From the NCBI GenBank assembly GCA_036229005.1, contig JAZAMN010000062.1, positions 54,257 through 118,256 of the forward strand: 64,000 nt of DNA, given 5' to 3'. A program made the position numbers and the translations under genes. The notes beneath the pieces were generated by a model, which did not search any database, was not told where the DNA came from, and saw only the letters and a list, made by a program, of their open reading frames with translations. Of this stretch, positions 35,650 to 43,800 are shown in pieces. This DNA comes from Myxococcota bacterium (lineage in GTDB: Bacteria; Myxococcota_A; UBA796; CAJQPC01). Numbering within the stretch: position 1 is the stretch's first letter; every line of letters starts with the position of its first letter.

Positions 35650-37125
35650 GTGGACTTCATCGATCGCAGCAAGGCCAAGCCCCTGGGCGAGGGCGCCTTC
35701 CTCTGCCCTGAAGGCAGCGTGCTGGACCCCGAGCTCTCCGCGCTGGCCATCGCCTACAAGCGCACCGCCGCCCGCTACCGGGCCATGACCGCCGAGGAGA
35801 TCCCCGACCTGCCCTCGGGCGAGCTCTGGGTCTCCCCAAAGATCGACGGCCACCTGTGGCTGGCGGTGTTCGAGGCCGGCGAGGTCTGCCTGATCTCCCA
35901 CCGCAACCGCGTCATCTTCGGGGACCTGCCGGTGCTCAATGAGCTGCGCGAGCGCGTGGCCCCCAACACCCGCGGCCGCACCATCCTGGCCGGTGAGCTC
36001 TTCGCCCTGCGCCGCGAGGGCCGCCCCCGCTCCGGAGACGTGGGCGCCGCCCTCTCGGGGGGACCCGCCGCCCAGACCCAGCGCCTGGGCTTCTACATCT
36101 TCGACCTCTACCGGGGGGGCGACGCCGAGAACCCCGTCGCGACCGGCGAGTACTTCGAGCGCTGGGAGACCCTGGAGCGGCTGGTCGGCAAGGGCAAGCG
36201 GGCCCAGCTCGTACCCACCACGCCCGTCAAGAGCCAGGAGGCCGTGCAGGAGCTCTTCCAGAAGCACGCCATCGACGGCAAGGCCGAGGGCCTGGTCGTT
36301 CGCTCCGCGGACGGCCGCAGCTACAAGGTGAAGCCGGCGTTCGACCTGGACTGTGCGGTGATTGGGTTCACCGAGCGCCAGGGCGACGACGGCCGCATGT
36401 TGGTGCGCAGCGTGCTCCTGGCCGCCATGCGCAGCGACCGCCAGCTCCAGATCATCGGGAGCTGCGGGAACTTCGGCGGCGACGACGAACGGGCGGCCCT
36501 CTACCAGGAGCTCTCCGGCCTGGTGGTGGAGTCCAGCTACCGCTACCCCAGCTCGTCTGGCGCCCTCTACCGCTTCGTGAAGCCCGACCAGGTCCACCAG
36601 GTCCGGGTCACCGACATCCAGTCCGAAGACGGCAGCGGCGGCGCCATCATGCGCATGGTGCTGGCCTTCGACGACGCCCAGGGCTTCCACCCCGTGCGGC
36701 CCATGCCCGGCGTGTCCATCCTGCACCCGGTCTTCCAGCGGCGCCGCCCCGACAAGGCCGTCGACCCCCACGACGTGCGCCTGGCCCAGGTGCTCGAGCG
36801 CGTCGAGCTCTCCGAGACCGAGACCGTCGCCGAGCCCGTGGAGCTGCCCGAGAGCACCCTGCTGCGCCGCCAGGTCTGGACCAAGACCACCAAGGGCCAG
36901 GTGGCCGTGCGCAAGCTGCTGCTCTGGAAGACCGAGAAGGAGGCCGTGGACAGCCGCTTCCCCGCCTACGTGGTGCACTGGACCGACTACTCCCCGGGCC
37001 GCAAGGACCCCATCAAGCGGGAGGTGAAGCCAGCCGTGAGCCTTGAGCAGGCTGAGCACACCGCCCAGGAACTGGTCGCCAAGAACATCAAGCGGGGCTG
37101 GGCCCCCGTCGAGGACACGCTGTGA
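35650..37125 (+). CDS. ATP-dependent DNA ligase-like nucleotidyltransferase with OB fold and WGR-like C-terminal domain
   Basis: Motifs I 'SPKIDG', III 'GELF', IIIa 'FYIFD', IV 'EGLVVR', V 'YKVKP'; OB-type 'DCAVIGF'; C-terminal helix 'AQELVAKNIKRGW'. Confidence 0.85.
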   Translation: MDFIDRSKAKPLGEGAFLCPEGSVLDPELSALAIAYKRTAARYRAMTAEEIPDLPSGELWVSPKIDGHLWLAVFEAGEVCLISHRNRVIFGDLPVLNELRERVAPNTRGRTILAGELFALRREGRPRSGDVGAALSGGPAAQTQRLGFYIFDLYRGGDAENPVATGEYFERWETLERLVGKGKRAQLVPTTPVKSQEAVQELFQKHAIDGKAEGLVVRSADGRSYKVKPAFDLDCAVIGFTERQGDDGRMLVRSVLLAAMRSDRQLQIIGSCGNFGGDDERAALYQELSGLVVESSYRYPSSSGALYRFVKPDQVHQVRVTDIQSEDGSGGAIMRMVLAFDDAQGFHPVRPMPGVSILHPVFQRRRPDKAVDPHDVRLAQVLERVELSETETVAEPVELPESTLLRRQVWTKTTKGQVAVRKLLLWKTEKEAVDSRFPAYVVHWTDYSPGRKDPIKREVKPAVSLEQAEHTAQELVAKNIKRGWAPVEDTL

Positions 37126-39011
37126 GCCAAGAGCGCATCGACAACCTGGCCGCCCGCCTGGAGCAGGCCAACGCCGCCTACCGCGCCGGCGAGCCCACCA
37201 TGAGCGACGCCCGCTACGACGAGCTGGTCGAGGAGCTCCGCGGGCTCGCCCCCGAGCACCCCTGGCTGCACCAGGTCGAGGCCGAGGATCTGCCCGTCAA
37301 GGACCAGGTCCGCCACCCCAGCCCCATGCTCTCCACCGAGAAGGCCTACCAGCCCGCCGATCTGGAGCGCTGGGTGGAGCGCGTGCGCAAGGCCGCCGTG
37401 GAGCAGGGCATCGACACCGACTCCCTGGTCTTCCGCATGACCCCCAAGCTGGACGGGCTGGCCGGCCGCGACGACGGCCAGGTCCTCGCCACCCGGGGCA
37501 ACGGGCGCGTGGGCTACGACATCTCCAGCGCCTGGGACAAGGGCTTGGTCGCGGTGGGCGGCCGGGGCCAGGGCGTGGGTGAGATCGTGCTCGTGGAGTC
37601 CTGGTTCAACGAGCACCTCGCCGATGCCTTTGATCACCCTCGCAATGTCGCGGTGGGCATCGTCAAGGCCGACGAGGTGAACCAAGACTTCCTGGAGGCA
37701 CTCCAGGACGAGGTCGTCCGCTTCGTCCCCTACAGCAGCTTCAACACCCAGGACGGCACCGCCTGGGAGGGGAGCGCCCAGGAGCTGCTGGAGCAGACCG
37801 CCGAGATCACCGCCCGGCTCCGGGAGGCCGTCGACTACCCGCTGGACGGCATGGTCGTCGAGGTCCTGGGAGACCCCCTGCGCGCCTACATGGGCGCGAC
37901 CTCGCACCACCACCGCTGGCAGATCGCCCTCAAGGAGCGCGGCGAGCTGGTGCAGACCGTCGTCAACCAGGTCGTCTGGCAGACCGGCCGCACCGGCAAC
38001 GTCACCCCCGTGATGGAGGTCGAGCCCGTGCGCGTCAGCGGCGCCACCGTCTCCCGCGTCACGGCCCACCACGCCGGCATGATCCGGGACAAGGGCATCG
38101 GCCCCGGCGCGAGAATCGAGATCATCCGCTCCGGCGAGGTGATCCCCAAGCTGGAAGAGGTGCTCAGCCCCGTCGAGCCCACCCTGGTCTCCGCGTGCCC
38201 CTCCTGTGGCACCGAGCTGTCCTGGCGCAACGACTTCCTGGTCTGCGAGGCCGGCCTGGAGTGCCCCGCCCAGGTCGAGGCCGCCCTGCGCCACTGGTTC
38301 CGCACCCTGCGCACCGCCGACTTCTTTGGCCCCAAGACCATCGCGCGCCTGGTCGAGGGCCGCACCGATCTGGAGACGGGGGACATCGTCCAGCGCTGGG
38401 ACCGCCTGCCCAAGGTCTACGACCTGACCGAACAGGACCTGCGCACCCTGGGCTTCGGCCCGGGCCAGACCAAGAACCTGCTGGAGGCCCTGCAGATCTC
38501 CCGCTCCACCCCGGTCGAGGACGCCCGCTGGCTCGCCGCCTTTGGCATCCGGGATCTGGGGGTGGGGGACTCCCGCAAGCTGCTGGCGGCCTTCCACATC
38601 GAGGATCTGGGCGGCATCACCGCCGAGCAGATCGCCGCCATCAAGGGCTTCGGGGAGATCACCTCCCAGAGCATCGCCGCGGGCCTGGAGCGCCGCTGGC
38701 CGGTGATCTCCGAGATGCTCAGCCGCGGCTTCAACCTGGAGCGCACCCCCCTGGCCGGCGAGGCCCCGGAGATCGAGAGCCCCGTGGCCGGTAAGCGCGT
38801 GCTGTTCACCGGCAAGATGGTCCAGGGCACCCGCGACGACATGAAGACCCGGGCCAAGGCGCTGGGCGCGGTGCTCGCCAGCGGCGTGTCCAAGAACCTG
38901 GATCTGCTGGTCATCGGCGAGAAGGCCAGCCCCGCCAAGGTCGAGAAGGCCCGCAAAGCCGGCGTCGAGGTGCTGACCGAGGCCGAGTACCTGGCGCGGA
39001 TCGGGGGCTGA
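37122..39011 (+). CDS. Divergent NAD+-dependent DNA ligase (LigA family)
   Basis: Domain Ia 'Y..GEP.MSD.RYD', 'PKLDG', 'TRGNG', 'DGMVV', 'GRTG.VTPV', 'RSGEVIP', Cys4 Zn finger, HhH motifs and BRCT. Confidence 0.92.
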   Translation: MSQERIDNLAARLEQANAAYRAGEPTMSDARYDELVEELRGLAPEHPWLHQVEAEDLPVKDQVRHPSPMLSTEKAYQPADLERWVERVRKAAVEQGIDTDSLVFRMTPKLDGLAGRDDGQVLATRGNGRVGYDISSAWDKGLVAVGGRGQGVGEIVLVESWFNEHLADAFDHPRNVAVGIVKADEVNQDFLEALQDEVVRFVPYSSFNTQDGTAWEGSAQELLEQTAEITARLREAVDYPLDGMVVEVLGDPLRAYMGATSHHHRWQIALKERGELVQTVVNQVVWQTGRTGNVTPVMEVEPVRVSGATVSRVTAHHAGMIRDKGIGPGARIEIIRSGEVIPKLEEVLSPVEPTLVSACPSCGTELSWRNDFLVCEAGLECPAQVEAALRHWFRTLRTADFFGPKTIARLVEGRTDLETGDIVQRWDRLPKVYDLTEQDLRTLGFGPGQTKNLLEALQISRSTPVEDARWLAAFGIRDLGVGDSRKLLAAFHIEDLGGITAEQIAAIKGFGEITSQSIAAGLERRWPVISEMLSRGFNLERTPLAGEAPEIESPVAGKRVLFTGKMVQGTRDDMKTRAKALGAVLASGVSKNLDLLVIGEKASPAKVEKARKAGVEVLTEAEYLARIGG

Positions 39012-39038
39012 GTCGAGGAGGAGGGGGATGGATGGTGC

Positions 39039-39803
39039 TCAGGCCGCCCGTCTCCACCGCCTCACACCCAGCAGCACCAGCACCCCCAGCACCCCCGGCC
39101 CCAGCGAGGTCACCCTGCGGCTGGTCGAGCACCCGGGGACCTCGGCGCGGGACTCGCAGTGGAGCGCCTCGCTCCACTGCTCGCTGCCGTTGGGGTCGTA
39201 GAGCGCCAGGGTCAGGCAGCGGTCGGCGCTCTGGAGCGTGCCGCTGGCCTCCAGATCCTGCTCGAAGACGACCTCGCGGGGCTCGGACTCCAGGTGGGCC
39301 CAGGAGAACCAGCTCGTGCTGGGGTCGCTCACCCGCAGCCCCCACCCGGGGTCTGCGCTCGCGGGGACCCACAGGGTGAGGGCCTCGAAGCTGTGCTGGC
39401 GGCGCCGGAGCTCCAGGCAGCTCGGGGTGGTGCGCTCGGAGACCCACCCGGTGGACCAGGAGACCGCCAGCAGCTCGGGGCGGTCTCCGGGCAGCGCCCA
39501 ATCGGTCACGGGCAGGGTGACCTCGACGGTGACGGGATCTCCGAGGTTGTGGAGCAGGTAGGTGCCCGGGGGTTGGGCCGCGTCGATGGACCACTGCCCG
39601 AGCCCGTCCCCCTCCAGAGAGACCCACTGCTCTCCATCCAGGTCGCTGAGGCCTGGGCTGTAGAGGGCGCTGCCCTCGGGACGGACGACGCCGCCTGCCG
39701 GGATGCTGTCGCCGGCGAGCGGGTAGGCGATGGGGTCGCTGGTGGGGGCCGGGGAGCAGGCCTCGGCGGGGGAGGGGAGCCAGGCCAGCAGCAGCCAGGA
39801 CAT
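39039..39803 (-). CDS. Secreted protein with MYXO-CTERM-like anchor
   Basis: Signal 'MSWLLLAWLPSPAEA'; C-terminal 'GCS...hydrophobic...RRWRR'. Confidence 0.65.
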   Translation of the reverse strand: MSWLLLAWLPSPAEACSPAPTSDPIAYPLAGDSIPAGGVVRPEGSALYSPGLSDLDGEQWVSLEGDGLGQWSIDAAQPPGTYLLHNLGDPVTVEVTLPVTDWALPGDRPELLAVSWSTGWVSERTTPSCLELRRRQHSFEALTLWVPASADPGWGLRVSDPSTSWFSWAHLESEPREVVFEQDLEASGTLQSADRCLTLALYDPNGSEQWSEALHCESRAEVPGCSTSRRVTSLGPGVLGVLVLLGVRRWRRAA

Positions 39804-40234
39804 CAGGGCTTGAGCCGCAGGCGCTGGGTGAGCTCCTCCAGAGCGGCGTCCACGAGCGGGTCGTCGTTTCGCTTGCGGTGGCGCTGGATGCGGTCCAGGA
39901 CGGCGCGGCGGTGCTCGGGCTGGTCGCTCCCGGCGCGGGCAAGGCGGCGCAGGAGCTTGTCGCGGTCGTCCGTGTCGGCCCCCAAGGCGGCCAGCACGGC
40001 GGAGAGCACCTTGGCGGCGGCCTGTCCGGCCTCCTGGGCGCGGTCCAGGAGCATCAGCTCGGCGATCTCGGCCGAGATCTCCCAGGGGGCCAGCTTGCCC
40101 AGCTTGAGGTGCTCGGTCGTGCCGGCCTCGGTGCGGACGGCGAAGGTGCCCGCGGGGATGGGGGTCCCGCTGGGCACCAGGAAGTAGCGGTGGGGTCGCT
40201 GGACGGACTCCAGGACGCGGGGACGGGCGCTCAC
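39803..40234 (-). CDS. Hypothetical protein
   Basis: GTG start overlaps the upstream stop (GTGA); stop overlaps the next ATG. Confidence 0.55.
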   Translation of the reverse strand: MSARPRVLESVQRPHRYFLVPSGTPIPAGTFAVRTEAGTTEHLKLGKLAPWEISAEIAELMLLDRAQEAGQAAAKVLSAVLAALGADTDDRDKLLRRLARAGSDQPEHRRAVLDRIQRHRKRNDDPLVDAALEELTQRLRLKP

Positions 40235-40812
40235 TGCCTGCAATCCTGGAGCGTGACGCCGTGCTGAGCGGGGAGGGTGAGCCCGCCGATCTGGCAGTTG
40301 CTGAGGGTCACGCCGGCGAGCTTGGCGCTGCTCCAGTCCACGTCCAGGAACTCGCAGTCCTGGAAGTGGGCGCCGCTGAGGTCGGTGTGGCCCCACTTGC
40401 CGCCGTCGAACTGGACGCCGACAAAGCGGGCATCCGTCCACCGCGCCCGCTCCATGTCGCAGTTGGAGAAGCTGCTCTGGTGGACCTTCACCCCCGGCGC
40501 CTTGGAGAGGGCCAGGAAGCAGCCCTTGAAGGCGCTCTGGTGGATGAGGGCCTGGTCCAGCTTGGCTGAGAGGAACACGCAGGCCATGAAGGTGCAGCTC
40601 TCGAGCTCGGCCTCCTGCATCCGGGCGGAGCGGAGGACGGCTTCGACCAGCTCGCAGTCGGACAGGCGGATCTGTGCGAGCTCCTGTCCGGCCAGCGCGA
40701 CGGACAAGAGGCGGAGGTGGCTCCGGTCGATCCGGCCCTCGCCTTGTCGGCCACGCTCAAGCCAGGCCCGATGGGCGCGCCCGGCGGTCCCCAGGATGGT
40801 GTCGGTCTTCAC
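40231..40812 (-). CDS. Pentapeptide-repeat protein
   Basis: Continuous A/C-x-F/L-x-x periodicity ('ARFVGVQFDGGKWGHTDLSGAHFQDCEFLDVDWSSAKLAG'); starts 2 nt after the giant gene. Confidence 0.9.
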   Translation of the reverse strand: MKTDTILGTAGRAHRAWLERGRQGEGRIDRSHLRLLSVALAGQELAQIRLSDCELVEAVLRSARMQEAELESCTFMACVFLSAKLDQALIHQSAFKGCFLALSKAPGVKVHQSSFSNCDMERARWTDARFVGVQFDGGKWGHTDLSGAHFQDCEFLDVDWSSAKLAGVTLSNCQIGGLTLPAQHGVTLQDCRQ

Positions 40813-40814
40813 GC

Positions 40815-43800
40815 TCAGTTCCCCATGTTCTTCTTGTTGTCCCGCCCGATGCCCTGGTAGGCGCGAGAGGCCTCCTCCAGCCGCTGGATGTCGAAGCGCT
40901 TCTGCACGCGGGGGCCCAGGTCCTTGTAGAGGATGTCCTTGCCGTCGATCTTGATGGCGACGTCGCCGTCGACGAAGGCCTCGATCATGTCCTTGGCCTG
41001 GTTGTACTCCTGGTGGAGATCGGTGTCCATGACGCCGCCGGCGTCGGTGTTGATGGACACGTCCAGGTTGAAGTAGAGCGCCCTCAAGAGGGGATGCTCG
41101 GCGTAGTCCTGGATGGCGTTGGTCTGCTTGTTCGAGCCGATGTTCATCTCCACGTGGATGCCCATGGACTTGAGCTGACGGAGCTGACTGTCGGTGGCGT
41201 GGGTGATGTGGCCGGCGCGGATCTGCAGCTTGTCCTTGTCGTTCCCGAGCGCCTTCTGGACCTTGGCCACGGAGTCGATGAAGCCCTGGATGTTGTGCTG
41301 GGCCTTCTTGATCTCCGCCGCTCGGTCGACGCCCTCCGTGAAGTAGCCCTCACCGACGTGGACCCGGAACACCATCTCCTGGCCCTCGGCCAGCTTGCCT
41401 GCCTGCTCCAGACAGCAGTCGACGAACGCGTCCTGACCGCCCTGCTGGAAGAAGGGCTCGGCGCCCAGGTAGTCCACGCCGACGTGCAGCGGCATGTCCG
41501 CGTCCTGCGCCAGCGTGATGCCCTTGGCCCGGTCGCCCTCCTTCTTGGGCACGCCCATCGCCTTCTTCTTGGCGTCCGCCTGGTCCACGTTGCCCATGGT
41601 CTCCCGAGACCGGATGGAGGCCAGGAAGCGGACCTCGACCCCGGTCTCGTCCATCACCTTCTTGATGGTCTCCGGGTCCACCTTGGCGGAGTAGCCACCG
41701 GTCAGCTCGATGTAGGTGATGCCCTGCTTGGCGAGCCGCTCCAGCAGCACCCGGAAGTACTGCTCGGAGTCCGGCCTCGCGCCCTTCGAGGAGATCAGAG
41801 CGCGGATCTTGTAGACCTGGTCGTAGTCCAGCGTCCCCGCGACCAGCAGGTCATTGAGCAGCAGGTCTTGGCTCAGGTCTTCCGTGACCTGGTCCCGCTT
41901 GGCCAGGGTCTGCTCGATGGTGGCCTTGATCTGCTCGAACTTCTCGATCTCCGCGCGGGCGCGGTCCTTGGCGTCGGCAGCCGCGTTGGGGTTGTCGATC
42001 ACCTGCTGCTGCCGGTCGATGAGCCGGTCGAAGTGCTCCTCGTAGTTGTCGTCGATCAGCTTGAGCAGCTCCGTCTTGCCCTGCTCGTTGTCCCCGGCCT
42101 GGGTGTGGAGCTTGAGGATGTCGGAGGCCTCGAACACGCCGTTCTGGTGGTTGTGCAGCTCCGAGCGGCCCTTGATGGTCTTCCAGATCCGATCGGACAG
42201 CTTTGGACCGATCCCATCGACCTTCTGCAGGTCAGCGGGGCTGTTGAAGGGGCCGCCGTGCTTCACGATCTCGCCCGCCAGGTGCGGTCCGATGCCATCC
42301 ACGCCCATGAGCGCGGTCTTGAGGGCGTCGCCCTTGAGGTACTGGAGCGCGACGGGCACACCGTCTCGCTTGGTGTCGTTGGACTTGTCCTTGTGCTGCT
42401 GCGCGATGTCGTCGAGGCGCTTGTCGGTCGTGCTGACCTCTTCGCTGCCGCCGGACTCCGTGTGGGTCTCCGGCCCGTCGACGTGGAGCTCGCTCTGGGG
42501 CGCCTCGGTGTGCGGGGTCTCCGTGTGTGGGGTTTCGGTGTGGGTGGTGGTGGTGGTGTGGTCCCCCTGGTCCACCGCGTCAAAGTCCAGCTTGAGCTGG
42601 CCAGCGTCCTCCACCACATTGGGCTTGGTGGTCCCGCCGCCGGTCACATCCTGGACGGTCTTGTCGCCGCTCTTGTCATCCGAACCGCCATAGGTCACGG
42701 CCTCGGTGGGGTCGAACATGTCGAGCTGCACGCTCTCGAAGTCCGGCTTGCTGAACTTGTCTGGGTGCTCCTGATGCAGCGTGAGCTGGTGGCCCGGCGC
42801 CAGGCGGGACTGGATGTCCGCGGCCGCGTCGTCGGTGATGTTCCCCATGTGGTCGACCGTCTCCTGGGGGAGGTTGACCAGGCGGTTCATCTTGCGGACC
42901 TGAGACTGGATGGAGATCTCGGCGCCGCCGGCCCCGGCGAACTTCTCCAGGGTCTTCTGGAGCAGGGCCAGGTGCACGTCGTCGCCGGACATGACCACCG
43001 GATCCGAGACGATCTCGGTGATGGTCTCGCCCATGGCGTTCACCCACTTCTTGCCCGGGTCGGCGACCTTGTCGGCCAGGCTCTCGTTGGCGACGCCGCC
43101 GACGGAGCCCACGACCATCTTGAAGGAGGACACACCCAGGATGGCCAGGAACTCGTCCCAGTCGCCGGTCCAGGTCTTCTCGTCCATCAGGATGCCCTGC
43201 AGCTCGCCCGGAGCCGAGGAGATGATGCCCGCCAGGACCTTGGCCTTGAGCCCCTGCTCGCCGAGCTCCTGCAGGAACTTGCCGAACTGCTTGAACTTGC
43301 TGGGGCCGATGCCCGCCGTGGCCATGCCGATCAGCGCCTCACCCGCCAGCATGGAGAAGTCGGTGAGGGCCTCACCCGGGCCGTAGGCGGCGCCCTTCAT
43401 GGTGGACTTGATCATCATGTTGACCGCCGCGGCGCCGGCGCCGATGGCGATGCCCACCCACAGGGGCCCCAGGGCGCCCGCGGTCACGATGGTGGAGACC
43501 ACCGCCGCGATGGTCGTGATGACCGAGGTGATGCCGTTGACCAGGGTCTCCCGCTGGTCCTTGTAGATGCCCCCCATGGTGTCGAGCAGCTCGGTGTACT
43601 TCTGCCACTCGGCGTACTTGTCGCCGGTCAGGTCGTGGGGGGTGCCGGTCTCCGGGTCGTACCAGCTCGTGTCCGCCTTGAGCTCCTTGAGCTTCTCCCA
43701 CTTGGCGTCCAGGTCGTTGCCGGAGTCCGAGTAGATGTCCATCAGGCCGTTCGAGATCAGGCCCTGCTTCCGGTACCACTCCCACTTGGTCTGCGCCCGG

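Noticed and set aside
34337..37125. Canonical Ku-LigD locus
   Set aside because: No primase-polymerase or phosphoesterase domain, and no clear canonical Ku N-terminal motif; kept only as a divergent hypothesis
40815..42165. RADAR or CRISPR Cad1 defence system
   Set aside because: No adjacent RdrA-like ATPase, CARF domain or cas genes; the deaminase sits at the tip of a secreted-type protein
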